64,000 nt of DNA, from positions 167,772,001 through 167,836,000 of the forward strand of contig NC_042998.1 of assembly GCF_006345805.1 (NCBI RefSeq), in the 5' to 3' direction. Below the pieces are notes generated by a model. That model had not been told where the DNA came from. It did not search any database and saw only the letters and a list, made by a program, of their open reading frames with translations. Source of the DNA: Octopus sinensis (lineage: Eukaryota). The first letter of the stretch is position 1, and every line of letters begins with the position of its first letter. Shown here in pieces: positions 1 through 13,312 of the stretch. The translations under genes and the position numbers were made by a program.

Positions 1-152
1 AGCGTTCTTTTAGAACAACGACTTCATGGCTTGAAGACACCAAAACAAAAATGGCTAAGAAAGCCCGAATTTATAAGGGAAGTAACTCTCTAAAAATGCT
101 TATATAGTTATTTCCCTTACAAACCCGAGCAACGCCGGGCGATACTGCTTGT
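1..152 (+). mobile_element. Helitron-like 3' end (truncated by window start)
   Basis: Subterminal GC hairpin CCCGAGCAACGCCGGG (124-139) followed ~8 nt later by CTTGT, a one-mismatch version of the CTRR-T Helitron terminus. Confidence 0.55.
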
Positions 153-423
153 ATAAATATAAAAATATAAAATATAAAAATGTGTGCATAGACACTCATA
201 ATACTACACATATATATATACTCATTAATACAATAATACAAAATAAACAAAATATATCAATATACATTAACAAACACAGTTATTCTACATATTGGACTCC
301 TAGTTCCATAACTAACCTCAAGGAAAATATATGCACACTCACATTTAAATTTAAATCAGACATATATACATAAAAAATAATAAAAAAACACACAATTCAG
401 TTCATAAAATTATAACCCTACAA

Positions 424-454
<31 letters not shown>

Positions 455-634
455 CATACACACACATTCACACACATACACACACATAAATACGCCGGGT
501 CCACCAGATCCTGAAACTTTGGTATATAAAATTAGGTTGTTTTATTTAACAATGTTGATAAGATTAAGTGCGCATGATCGTTGTGGAGCATATCTGGACA
601 TTGTTTATTGCCTCAGGTATATATTAATAATATA

Positions 635-672
<38 letters not shown>

Positions 673-699
673 ATGTGTATGTATATGTAAATATGTATG

Positions 700-748
<49 letters not shown>

Positions 749-883
749 ATGTGTGTGTGTATGTGTATGTATATGTATATGTATATTATATTGTATGTAT
801 GTTATATATATGTATATGTATAATATATATAATGTATGTATATAATGTATGATATATATATATATATATTATATATATATATA

Positions 884-929
<46 letters not shown>

Positions 930-1005
930 ACATATATATACACACACAAACACTCTGCTCTGTGCTCTGCTGGTATTATATTCAAATTGTGTATAGTTGA
1001 CTCAC

Positions 1006-1067
1006 CAATTGTACATATATCACAAGTCGAGTTAGTTATAAATGTAGCATGCTGCCCATCCGATGCG
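1006..1067 (-). CDS. Candidate small internal exon, unknown gene (ASDGQHATFITNSTCDICTI)
   Basis: Minus strand: CCTGTTATTTAG acceptor, 62 nt with an open frame, TTG|GTGAGT donor; unique sequence; no recognisable homology. Confidence 0.25.
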
Positions 1068-1300
1068 CTAAATAACAGGATAAGTTTGAAAACTGCCTCA
1101 CAAAAAAGCAGGGGATATAGAAACAAAACTGGATCGCCCTATCAGTGTATTTGTTATGGGAGACTGCAACCTTCCCAGTGTAAGATACTTGAAGGCCACT
1201 TTCTCTCAAGAATTATACGGCTTGAATAAAAGCCAACAACGTCCCTGCTCAACCACACCAACTTGTTATTTATTGAGCAAATAATACTCTACCCGGTCAG

Positions 1301-1320
1301 AGCCAATCGGATGCGCATGG
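1301..1320. promoter_or_regulatory. CCAAT box adjacent to TGCGCATG (NRF1-like) motif
   Basis: AGCCAATCGGATGCGCATGG seen in sequence; motif match only. Confidence 0.25.
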
Positions 1321-1420
1321 AACCATGTTAGCGTTGATATGTGAGTTCGATTCTGGTCTGGGTTAGCTCATAATTTCTCAGTCAATCGTAAATATAAGAA
1401 ATGTCATTATGAATTGGAGT

Positions 1421-1421
<1 letters not shown>

Positions 1422-1482
<61 letters not shown>

Positions 1483-1487
1483 TTTTA

Positions 1488-1533
<46 letters not shown>
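1422..1533. repeat. (ATT)n microsatellite
   Basis: Direct reading. Confidence 0.95.
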
Positions 1534-1598
1534 GTACTAAAAGATTTCCATAGTCGCTCTATCTCCCTAACGTACAAAGCCTTCGGGTTTGTTTTCAA

Positions 1599-1630
<32 letters not shown>

Positions 1631-1639
1631 ACACACACC

Positions 1640-2660
1640 GGCATATTTTGGGATTCAGGTGATCATAGATTTTGCTTGTTGGCAGATTCATAATGGAGCT
1701 GTGAGGTATACATTCAGATTGAGGTGGACAGTGTGGGGGGGAGAAAAGCGTGATTCTTCACTAATTAAAGTAGTAGTAGTAGTGGTCTAGGTTGTAATAG
1801 TAGTAGTAGAGTAAGCGATAATGGATCTCTTGTCTAATCCTTAGAGAACAGCCTGATTGTGAAGAGCTAGGGACTGTGTTGTTGAACAGTATTGAGGAGT
1901 GGCTATGGCTACAAATCATGTCGTTTTATTGACGTAAGGGTACTAGCAGCAGAATATGATGATGGGTCAGTTGTAGTATTCAGAGAAAATGAGGAATGTG
2001 GATAGCTCGACTGTGAAGGGTTGTTGATTGTGGGGTTTAAAGGGCATCAATTGTGCCAGTATTGACGAGTGAAAGGAGTACAGTGAACTTGTTGTGAGGA
2101 GTACAGTGAACTTGTTGTGAGGAGTGGAGTATCCAACGTTTCGGATTCAATCCTTCGCCAGGGGGCAGAGAAAAGGAGAAGATAAAGAGAAAAAGTCAAA
2201 CAGAGTTTACATCCTCTCAACTTGGAAAACTGGCTGCAACTGATAATGGACGCAGAATAAAACGGGCTGCTAACATGAAACAGAAGTTATAAGAGACGGC
2301 ACGCAGAAAGGAGAAGGAAAAGGATAATGATGAGAGTTGAGGTAAGTAAATACTGGAATGTTGCAGAGCGAGTGTGGAAAGAGGATAAAAAAGGGTAAAA
2401 ATGAACTAAGAAAAGGTGAAAGGATGAAAGGAAAAACGTTCATTCATACCAGTTGAGGACATAGTGCCAAGATCAAATATGAGACGTTGCTCCTTTCGTT
2501 TCCTAGATAAATGGGGTCCGTGATGCAAAGCCATACCACACACTGATAAATCTGCAATAGAATGATTCGCAGTGTTGAAGTGGGTGACAACAGGTTGGCC
2601 TCGCATACGTAGCATTATGCTTCTGATGTTGACGATGCATTAGTTCAGTAATATATCTTT
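1640..2660 (-). mobile_element. Penelope-like element fragment: GIY-YIG ORF C-terminus plus terminal repeat with hammerhead
   Basis: 2406-2615 (-) encodes GQPVVTHFNTANHSIADLSVCG...RKRKEQRLIFDLGTMSSTGMNERFSF, the typical C-terminal end of PLE GIY-YIG ORFs; an HHR motif lies ~250 nt downstream. Confidence 0.85.
2133..2165 (-). ncRNA. Minimal type I hammerhead ribozyme, degenerate core (A6G)
   Basis: CCCC-CTGGCGA-AGGA-TTGAA-TCC-GAAACGTT-GG: stem II GGA/TCC, GAAA, palindromic ACGT stem III, CC/GG stem I. Confidence 0.75.
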
Positions 2661-4178
2661 CTAGGGAATTCCCTTGGGAATTTTATGATCATCTTCATCA
2701 ATAAATATTTCGAACTTTTTTATTTATTCATTTTTGTCCTTTGTTCTTGTATTGAGATGAAACCTAACTTTAAGCAACTTTTTACAGATCAATTTTTAGA
2801 CACTATTTTCTAAACCTGGTAAAGGTATGTAAAGGGTGTAAAATTTTATTTTTCAGCCCAACCCTCGAAAAAATTTAGGGTGTGCAAGCGCACCACCTGC
2901 ATCCCCTGTCTCCGGGCCCTTGTACATGTAGCTGTGTGTGTTTGTTGTCGTGGTTGTAATTTCGGTCGCTGTGTTTTATCTCTGTATTTACAGTTGTGAA
3001 TATTTGTAAATATATTTTTGTGTGAGATTATTCCTCCTGTCTCATATGTATGTCAATTTCTTTTATCTATCTCTTTCGTAAAATAAGTACACACACACAC
3101 ATACACACACACACACATACACACACACACACATACATACACACACACATACACACACACACACATATATGCTTTGCATTTGATAATTTCTAGACATTAT
3201 CTGTTAAAATGTTTCACTATCAAACGAATTGTATTGAATGAGAAGAGCAAACAGCTGCTGTTTATCTGTGCAGTCAGATGGCAGTCTTATATTCTCAGGG
3301 TTTGCGGTTAATGCTTTCGGAGTTTGCGGCTTATACTCACAGGGTTTGCATATACGGAGTACATATTTAAGTAATTGGTTCGGTGCTTCACTAATCAGTA
3401 TTGAAATCATGGTGGGATGAACTTTAGTTTAAAAAAAATATTTAGGTTCAATACATGGGTTGAATAAAATATTTAGCAATAATATACTGATATAAGGTGG
3501 TGAGCTGGCAGAATCGTTAGCATGTCAGCCAAAATGTTTAGCGGCATTTCGCCCGTCTTTACGTTCTTAGTTCAAATTCCACCTTTCTCCATTTCGGGGT
3601 CGATGAAATAAGTACCAGTTTATCACTTATAACAAGTTACTTAAAACAAATATCAGTTATAACAAGTTACAAATATTTATGTACAAAATAATATTTGCAT
3701 TACTTATGTTGACACCTGAATATTCAGTTGTCAAGCGATGTTAGGGGACAAACACAGACACACAAACATATAGACGCACATATATATATATATATATACA
3801 TATACACGACACGCTTCTTTCAGTTTCTGTCTACCAAATCCACTCACAAGGCTTTAGTCGGCCCGAAGCTATAGTAGAAGACACTTGCCCAAGGTACAAC
3901 GCAGTGGGACTGAATCAGGAACCATGTAGTGTGTGTGTGTGTGTGTGTGTGTGTTTGAGTCTGTGTTTATATCCCATCACCACTTGATAACTGTTGTTCG
4001 TGTGTCTATATTCCCCTAAATAAGCGGTTGGGCTAAAAAGAGCGATAGAATAAGTACCAGGATTTTAAAAATATAAAAAGTACAGGAGTCAATCCATTCG
4101 ACTAAAAATTTTTCAAGGCGGTGCCCCAGTATGGCCGCAGTCTAATGACTGACATAAGTAAAAGGCAAATGATAAAAG

Positions 4179-4210
<32 letters not shown>

Positions 4211-4219
4211 GTATGTATA

Positions 4220-4590
4220 GGCGCAGGTGTGGCTGTGTGATAAGAATCTTCCCTCCCAACCACATGGGTCTTGGTTCAGTCTCACTGCGTAGCACCTTGA
4301 GCAAGTGTATTCTACTATAGCTACGCGCCGACTAAATCCTTGTGAGTGGATTCGGTACACGGAAACGGAAAGAAGCCTATCGTGTGTATATATGTGTGTG
4401 TGTGTGATTATATCAGTATTTGTTCCCCTCCTCCGCTTGACAACTGTTGTTGGTGTCTTTACGTCCCTGTAACTTAGCTGCTCAGCAAAACCGACCGATA
4501 GAATAAGTACTAGGCTTTTAAAAAATGAATCCCGGGATCGGCTTGCTCGACTAAAATCCTTCAAGGCGGTGCTCCAGTACAGCCGCAGTC
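4220..4590 (+). mobile_element. tRNA-derived SINE family A (GGCGCAGGAGTGGCTGTGTGGTAAG head), diverged
   Basis: A/B-box-like head, CORE-like CTTGGGCAAGTGTCTT segment, internal (TA)/(TG) tract, conserved tail; many copies in window. Confidence 0.85.
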
Positions 4591-4616
4591 AAGCATGTAA
4601 TACATGCATACATACA

Positions 4617-4646
<30 letters not shown>

Positions 4647-4647
<1 letters not shown>

Positions 4648-4801
4648 GGCTGTGTGGTAAGTAGCTTGCTAACCAACCACATGGTTCCGGGTTCAGTCCC
4701 ACTGCGTGGCATCTTGGGCAAGTGTCTTCTGCTATAGCCTCGGGCCGACCAAAGCCTTGTGAGTGGATTTGGTAGACGGAAACTGAAAGAAGCCTGTCGT
4801 A

Positions 4802-4868
<67 letters not shown>

Positions 4869-5081
4869 GTGTATATATTTTGAGTGTCTGTGTTTGTCCC
4901 TCTAGCATTGCTTGACAACCGATGCTGGTGTGTTTACGTCCCCGTCACTTAGCGGTTCAGCAAAAGAGACTGATAGAATAAGTACTAGGCTTACAAAGAA
5001 TAAGTCCCGGGGTCGCTTTGTTCGACTAAAGGCGGTGCTCCAGCATGGCCGCAGTCAAATGACTGAAACAAGTAAAAGAGT
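4647..5081 (+). mobile_element. SINE family A
   Basis: Near full-length copy ending AAGTAAAAGAGT. Confidence 0.9.
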
Positions 5082-5084
5082 ATG

Positions 5085-5128
<44 letters not shown>

Positions 5129-5143
5129 ATAGATATATATATC

Positions 5144-5300
5144 TTACGGAGATGTACTTGAAGCTTTGTCAGTGAACAGGTTACGGTCTCAAAGCGACGA
5201 AAATATTTTGACAAATTAAATTTAAATGTTGAAGTGAATCTAACGGTTTTTGTGTGTTTCTCAAATGGCTTATAAACACCTTCCCCGCTGCAATTGTTAT
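5144..5300 (+). mobile_element. Partial MITE, left TIR (TTACGGAGATGTACTTG)
   Basis: Internal part matches 17250-17395; TIR is the reverse complement of 17437-17453. Confidence 0.65.
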
Positions 5301-5735
5301 ATATATACATTGTTTGTTCTTGTTTTAGTTGTCATTAAACTATTTATTGGAAATATACAGTTTGTATAGTAAAATTAATGAATAGTTTCGAACTTATTTC
5401 CGTCTCACTGGGTATTTCTTTGTAAGCCTTTGTTTACGCCCACTTCAAACAGACATTTGGCATTTTATCAACACCAGATGGCTTCCAATTTACTTAAGTG
5501 ATTTCTGTTGTTATCTACGTCCAGTTTGGTTTGGGATAATTTTCTTTTAAACTTTTACTTGTTTCAGTCATTTGACAGCGGCCATACTGGAGCACCGCTT
5601 TTAGACGAGCAAATCGACCCCAGGACTTATTCTTTGTAAGACTAGTACTTATTCTATCGGTCTCTTTTGCGGAACCGCTAAGTTACGGGATCGTAAACAC
5701 ACCAGTATCGGTTGTCAAGCGATGTTGGGGGACAA

Positions 5736-5770
<35 letters not shown>

Positions 5771-5786
5771 CTTATATATATATATA

Positions 5787-6186
5787 CTCTTACTCTTTAC
5801 TTGTTTCAGCCATCTGACTGCGGCCATGCTGGAGCACCGCCTTTAGTCGAAGAAACCGACCCCAGGACTTATTCTTTGCAATCATAGTACTTATACTATC
5901 GGCTTTTTTTTGCTGAACCGCTAAGTTACAGGGACGCAAACACACCAGCATCGGTTGTCAAGCGATGTTGGGGGACAAACACAGACACACAAACACACAC
6001 ACACACACATATATATATATACATATACACGACGCGCTTCTTTCAGGTTCCGTCTACCAAATCCATTCACAATGCTTTGGTCGGCCTGAGGCTATAGTAG
6101 AAGACATTTGCCCAAGGTGCCACGCAGTGGGACTGAATCCGGAACCATGTAGTTGATAAGCAAGCCACTTACCACACAGCCACTCC
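5787..6186 (-). mobile_element. SINE family A
   Basis: Reverse-complement match to family A; a further tail fragment lies at ~5560-5760. Confidence 0.9.
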
Positions 6187-6411
6187 TTGGTTATTATTAC
6201 TATTATTAATATCAGTTATAAATCAGTCGGAGATAATTTCTTCGTTCTTTGTGTTCGCATATTTTATTTCATGAGCTGGAACTGGAATTTGTGACATACA
6301 TGCATTCCTTAACAGAATGTGCAACACAGGTTAGCGGCTTCTAGTCAGCAAACAGAATGTGAAGAAATAACCACAGACAAATTTAGTAAATCAAATTGAA
6401 TTTACATTATA

Positions 6412-6566
6412 GGCGCAGGAGTGGCTGTGTGGTAAGTAGCTTGCTAACCAGCCATATGGTTCCGTCCCACTGCGTGGCATCTTGGGCAAGTGTCTTCTGC
6501 TATAGCCCCGGGCCGACCAATGCCTTGTGAGTGGATTTGGTAGACGGAAACTGAAAGAAGCCTGTC

Positions 6567-6619
<53 letters not shown>

Positions 6620-6866
6620 TGTATGTATGTGTGTGTGTTTGTGTGTCTGTGTCTGTTCCCCTAGCATTGCTTGACAACCGATGCTGGTGTGTTTACGTCC
6701 CCGTCACTTAGCGGTTCGGCTAAAAGAGACCGATAGAATAAGTACTGGGCTTACAAAAAGAATAAATCCCCGGGTCGAGTTGCTCGACTAAAGGTGGTGC
6801 TCCAGCATGGCGGCAGTCAAATGACTGAAACAAGTAAAGGAGTAAAGGAGTAAGGAGTAAAGGAGT
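6412..6866 (+). mobile_element. SINE family A
   Basis: Full head to (AAAGGAGT)n tail. Confidence 0.9.
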
Positions 6867-7906
6867 ATATAATTTGTTTCAAATTTTGGCACAAGGCCAG
6901 CAAGTGTGGAGGAGGGATTACGACGATTACATCGACCCAAGTGATAAATTGGTATTTATTCATCGACCCCGAAATGGAGAAAGGCAAAGCTGACCTCAGC
7001 GGAATTACTCTGAATCTTCCTTACAACCACAATAGTGATCCTTATTGCATTTGGAATACTTTGTTAATAAATACAGGCGCAGGCGTGGCTGTGTGGTAAA
7101 AAGCTTGTTTCTCAACCACATAGCTCTCGGTTCAGTCCCATTGCGTGGCAACTCAGGCTAGTGTCTCCTACTGTAGTCTCGGGCTGACTATAGTCTTGTG
7201 AATGGATATGGTAGGTCAAAACTGAAAAAAGCCTGTCGTACATATATATATATATATTATATATATATATATATATATAGATGTATGTATGTGTGTGTGT
7301 TTGTGTGTCTGTGTCTGTTCCCCTAGCATTGCTGACAACCGATGCTGGTGTGTTTACGTCCCCGTCACTTAGCGGTTCGGCTAAAAGAGACCGATAGAAT
7401 AAGTACTGGGCTTACAAAAAGAATAAATCCCCGGGTCGAGTTGCTCGACTAAAGGTGGTGCTCCAGCATGGCGGCAGTCAAATGACTGAAACAAGTAAAG
7501 GAGTAAAGGAGTAAGGAGTAAAGGAGTATATAATTTGTTTCAAATTTTGGCACAAGGCCAGCAAGTGTGGAGGAGGGATTACGACGATTACATCGACCCA
7601 AGTGATAAATTGGTATTTATTTCATCGACCCCGAAATGGAGAAAGGCAAAGCTGACCTCAGCGGAATTACTCTGAATCTTCCTTACAACCACAATAGTGA
7701 TCCTTATTGCATTTGGAATACTTTGTTAATAAATACAGGCGCAGGCGTGGCTGTGTGGTAAAAAGCTTGTTTCTCAACCACATAGCTCTCGGTTCAGTCC
7801 CATTGCGTGGCAACTCAGGCTAGTGTCTCCTACTGTAGTCTCGGGCTGACTATAGTCTTGTGAATGGATATGGTAGGTCAAAACTGAAAAAAGCCTGTCG
7901 TACATA

Positions 7907-7910
<4 letters not shown>
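6618..7910. repeat. ~662-bp near-identical tandem duplication
   Basis: 6618-7279 is repeated from 7280; I see only two 1-bp indels; the junction lies in (TA)n. Confidence 0.9.
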
Positions 7911-7979
<69 letters not shown>

Positions 7980-9269
7980 TTGTATCTGTGTTTGTCCCCC
8001 ACTACCATATGATAACCGGTGCTGGTGTGTTTACGTCGCCATAACTTACCGGCTCGAGAAAAGAGATCGATAGAATAAGTACTAGGCTTTAAAAACATAG
8101 TCCTGGGGTCTATTTGTTCGACTAAAACCCTCCAAGGTGGTGCCCTTTCATGGCCGCAGTCAAATGAGTGAGACATGTAAAAGATAAATGATAACGATAT
8201 ATATATATATCAGCAGAACCAAAAACAAGATAGAATGAAATCAACTTGTGACAGAACAAGGACTGATAGTTGCTAGGTATATTTGTGGATCTAAAACCGA
8301 GCTCAGAGGTGTATATATTATTTTTGTTTTCCAACGCATTGTGATAGCAGGAAAAATATGTTCCTTTATTTTTATAAAAAGTTACGTTAAACAAATATTT
8401 ATGTACAAAATATTTGCATTACTTACGTTGGCACCTGAATATTCAGTTGCTAAGACATACATGGAGGATCTGTGATTGTGGGAAATGAAATTTTTATTTC
8501 GTGGTTAGGGATGAATTTTTAGGCATGTAAAATTAAATGCCTATTGTATTCTAGATCAGCCGAAATTCCTAGCCCAGAAGAACATGGATATATTCGGCCA
8601 CCGGAACATGCTGTAATACTTTTGAAAAAGAACATTTTCAACCGGATTTGTGTCGCAGTCTATGTTTATATATAGGTACCAAACTAGAGACTTCTTTGAA
8701 GTGAAAAATAGATTTATCATACTTTTTTGTATGGTATGCCAAGTTATCGATTCTGTTGGCCAACACTTGCGACTATCTTTAAACTAACAAAATAGCGAGA
8801 CTACGAGATCGTAGCTGTCAGAAACTAGGTGCGGTTTTATTTATATGCAAAAATAAATATTATTTTAAATCATTGACATTCAAAGAAAATATTTTTAAAA
8901 CTGTAACTGCTCTACGCTGAAATATTTCACTTGATAAATGTTCATTAACTGGGCCAGTTTACAGGAGAAAATTGATGTTCTGCTAATTACAAAAATATAG
9001 AGTGGAATATATGTAGATATAGAGGGAAATATTTTGAGGCGTAATAACACATTTCTGGAGGTAGACCTAATCCGTAGCCAGGTTTAATACCACTAGCTGG
9101 AACCTTCGGTGCGTTTTGCGAACCTCTCTGCTGCAAGCATTCGGACAAGGTCTTTTGCTTGAGGAAACCTTCTTTTCACCACTCGGTGGCCCTATAAAGG
9201 GTCATGGGTACCACATTGTCTCCCGAATAAAAGATAAAGAAAAATATATTTCTATATTAGTTTAAAATT

Positions 9270-9500
9270 TTAGCACAAGGTTAGTAATTTCGAGGAAGGG
9301 CCTAAGTCATTTACACCGACTCCAGTTTTCAACTGGCACTTATTTTACACCCCCCACACACACTCACACCATTATCACCTCCGAAAGGCTAAAAGACAAA
9401 GTCGACCTCGGCAGAATTTGAATTCAGAACGTAAAGACGGACGAAATGCTGCTAAGAATATTACCCGGCGCTGTAACGATTTTGCCTGCTCACCGCCTTT
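9270..9500 (-). mobile_element. SINE family B, diverged
   Basis: Reverse complement of GGCGG.GAGC.GGCA.AATCGTTA...GTTCTGAATTCAAATTCTGCCGAGGTCGAC. Confidence 0.8.
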
Positions 9501-11022
9501 AAAAAACTTATCATGTTACAAAGTAAAAGATGAATAAGATGTTATATGCATTTTTAAAATAACTGTCATGATGAAATTGTTTCATTTTCCAGAAATGACA
9601 TTAATCCAAGTAACTTGCCACCTCCAAAATTGCATTTCTTTTTCAGATAGTTTCAGTTGAAAACTTAAATGACAAACTTTCAGTAACGTTCTCATCTTTA
9701 TTTGACACCAACACACTGTATTCGGTTACTACTCAGGACATTATATATATCTGCAACTCTTGTCATAATGACGCAAATAGAGATAACCATCTAAAAATGT
9801 CAGCAATGCACACGAATTCGAACGGGGCTGATATTTTTTGGCCTCATTGTAGCTTCCTGCACACACAGAAACCCAGATAAATCTACAGATATCTACTACA
9901 TGAATACATTAGATACTCTCATACATATATACTTGCATGGACATATACAGTAAAGGCATCTATATTTAACATATGTATATGCTCGTATATGTTTAAACAC
10001 AACCATATACATGCATTAAGCGATTGCAATTGGATAGGCAATATGGAATGTCGGCAATCTGTCTCTTTTATGTGTGTGTGTGTGTCTTTGTGCGTATATA
10101 TGTATGTGTTGTGTATGATAGCGAAAGAAAACAACTTGATAGATGAAACTGAGTTTATTTATCGGAATTTTTTTACTGACAGTTTCACCCATGCACGCAA
10201 AGTATATCCGTGTGATCAGTCAGAAAATAAGTGGATAGCGTTTATAATGTTGGGTAACCAAAGACAAATTATAATGTTGATTTCATTCCTTGCAGAGTTA
10301 CAGATGGCAGAATTCCTCTTGTTTAAGCCTCTATAGTGTAGAAAGAGAGTGGCAAATCAACTCAAGTTTATCACAATGAAAAACAATTATTCCGCATAAC
10401 TGGTGGAAACAGGTTGAAAACGATATTTGTGTTGTAACTCATCGAAGGCTGGAAAGGTTTCATGACCTCCGATTAAGAGATATCGCAGGCTGTTGTAAAT
10501 ATGGATAGGTCACGTATGCATGACCTTTTCTGATTGGGCAATGACAACAATAATTCCGTGTATTTATGGAAAGGTTCTGTTTTTTCTGTTGGCAATATTC
10601 CATGTTATTGGAGGACATAAGGAGTCATTGGTTCCTGAGTTTTGAGACAAATTGTAAGAAAACGAGAGATGTGAAATTTTCCCTGATCCTTGGCCTGAAA
10701 TGACAGTAGATATTAAAAGAAACCCTTTTTTTTTTTAAGTTACACCGAAATAATTCATTCCAATATCCTCTGATTTTGTTATGGTTGCTTAGTATACAAC
10801 TTAGTATACAAACAAGTATTTTGAAAACATTCTAAAGCTCCGATGAAGCTGGAACGTGATACACAAGCACTCGATTACGAGTGAATTGCATATAATTTCG
10901 TATCCCCTTGTCATTTGTTTAATTTCTTATTACTGTTCTGTACTCGAGTGACGCCTTTTCTTGATGTATATCTATATTGAGTTTTAACACCAAATTATTA
11001 TGATTTATATAATTAAGCCAAG

Positions 11023-11045
11023 TAATAATAATAATAATAATAATG

Positions 11046-11094
<49 letters not shown>

Positions 11095-11111
11095 TAATAA
11101 TAATAATAATA
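11023..11111. repeat. (AAT)n microsatellite
   Basis: Direct reading. Confidence 0.95.
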
Positions 11112-11390
11112 AATTATACATATTTGTATTACACACACACAGATCTTTAATCTTTTGCTTTTTCCAGTCATTAGACTTCGGCCATGCTATGGCAACGCCT
11201 TGAAGAATTTTTGTCAATCCTAGTACTTATTTTTAAAATAATATCATTCCATCGGTCTCTTTTGCCGAACCGCTAGGTTACGAGGGTTAATCAAGAATAT
11301 ATTTGTTAAGATATTTCGTATTTTACAAGATTATTTACGTATATTTATTAATTTATCTAATTAATTATTTTATTATTGTTATTATCTTTC

Positions 11391-11490
11391 ACCTGAAGAG
11401 TGGCTATATTTATATTGAAGTGATTTTACTACTACTACTATTATTTTTACTATTATCACTTCTTAAATATAGCCACGAAACACGTGTCGT
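11391..11490 (+). ncRNA. Type I hammerhead ribozyme with intact core and extended stem II
   Basis: CTGAAGA (11393-11399); GTGGCTATATTTA pairs with TAAATATAGCCAC (13 bp) and GAAGTGAT with ATCACTTC (8 bp); GAAA (11477-11480); palindromic ACACGTGT stem III; GUC site at C11488; stem I only 2 bp. Confidence 0.8.
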
Positions 11491-11773
11491 TATTCTACCA
11501 AATATATATGTTTTATTTATTATTTTGCACATTACTTATATTTAATATATTTTGCACATTATCTTATATTTAATCTTTCTATAATATATAATTTTTCTAA
11601 ATGGTGTAATTTAATTCTTCATTATTGAATTGATAAAAGGTGTTTTTTTTTCTAATTTATATATATGTATTATATTTTGTGAAATTTGATTTAATATTTC
11701 TAAATTGAATTTTTCCCTGTAAGTTTGGAATAATATTCCCTCATATTATTATTATACACGCGCGCGCACACAC

Positions 11774-11817
<44 letters not shown>

Positions 11818-12860
11818 CTACAAAATTAGAAAATGGAGAAACATACTTAAATCAATCAAACATCAACCATCAGATGATACCCAAACAATACTTTATTACA
11901 CCATTACATAACAGTAAAGGCATTATACAAAATATATTGTAAATATAATTAGACAAGGAAATAGAAATATAAAATATAAAATATAATATGTAATTATATC
12001 ATATCTGACAGCTGTTTCGGCAATAAGGGCAAGCATGCCTCATTTAACCTATAAGCCATATATATATATATATATTTATATATACACACACATATGTATG
12101 TATGTATATATATATATATAATATATATATATACGTCGGGATTCTTTCTGTTTCCTTCTACCATATCCACTTTGGTCGGCCGAAGGCTATAGTAGAAGTC
12201 ACTTGCCCAATGTGCCACGCAGTGGGACTGAACCCGGAACGATGTAGGTAGGAAGTAAACTTCTTACCATACACTCACACCTGCGCTTTCCCCCTCTCTC
12301 ACTTCATATATATATATACATAATTTTACTTTACGAACTTTTGTAGTTACAAATTATAATAATTTGTAATGTATACTGCATATGTTGTTCCTACATAAAT
12401 GTAACCCTATCCGAACGGTTTCCTATGTCTCGAATATTGCTTAAGGCCAACCACAATATATTTTTCTATAGTGACAGCAATAATATATACCATGTAGCTG
12501 TTGCTAAACCACTGCTACTAGCAACAGCAATAAGAACCATATTAGATATTACACATTAAATGGATAAATGCTTAATTAGTCGTTTTTATGTGAACTCAAT
12601 TATTGTTCCAAATCAGTGTGAAATGACTAAGTATTATTATATGCAGTAAAGTTCCTTCCCGAGTAATAAGACCAGTTTCCATGACGTATAAATTTCCAAC
12701 CAGGACGGAACGCCGATCCGTCGTAGGATTACTCATTTTCGCCAGCTGAGTGGACCGGAGCAACGTGAAATGAAGTGTTTTGCGCAAGAAAACAACGCAT
12801 AGCCCAGTCCAGGAATCGAAACCACAATATATAACACAATATATATATATATATATATAC

Positions 12861-13266
12861 ACTCTCTCTTTTACTCTTTTACTTGTTTCAGTCATTTGAC
12901 TGCGGCCATGCTGGAGCACCGCCTTCAGTCGAGCAAATCGACCCCGGGACTTATTCTTTGGAAGCCCAGTACTTATTCTATCGGTCTCTTTTGCCGAACC
13001 ACTAAGTGACGGGGACGCAAACACACCAGCATCGGTTGTCAAGCAATGCTAGGGGGACAGACACAGACACACAAACACACACACATACACATATATACAT
13101 ATATACGACAGGCTTCTTTCAGTTTCCGTCTACCAAATCCACTCACAAGGCATTGGTCGGCCCGGGGCTATAGCAGAAGACACTTGCCCAAGATGCCACG
13201 CAGTGGGACTGAACCCGGCACCATGTGGTTGGTAAGCAAGCTACTTACCACACAGCCACTCCTGCG

Positions 13267-13268
<2 letters not shown>
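12861..13268 (-). mobile_element. SINE family A (young, full length)
   Basis: Near-identical in reverse complement to 20954-21362 and 32268-32681. Confidence 0.92.

Positions 13269-13312
<44 letters not shown>

Noticed and set aside
10851-10892. CCGATGA...ACTCG-ATTA-CGAGT-GAAT as a hammerhead
   Set aside because: Both core segments are mismatched and stem II does not start next to the core.
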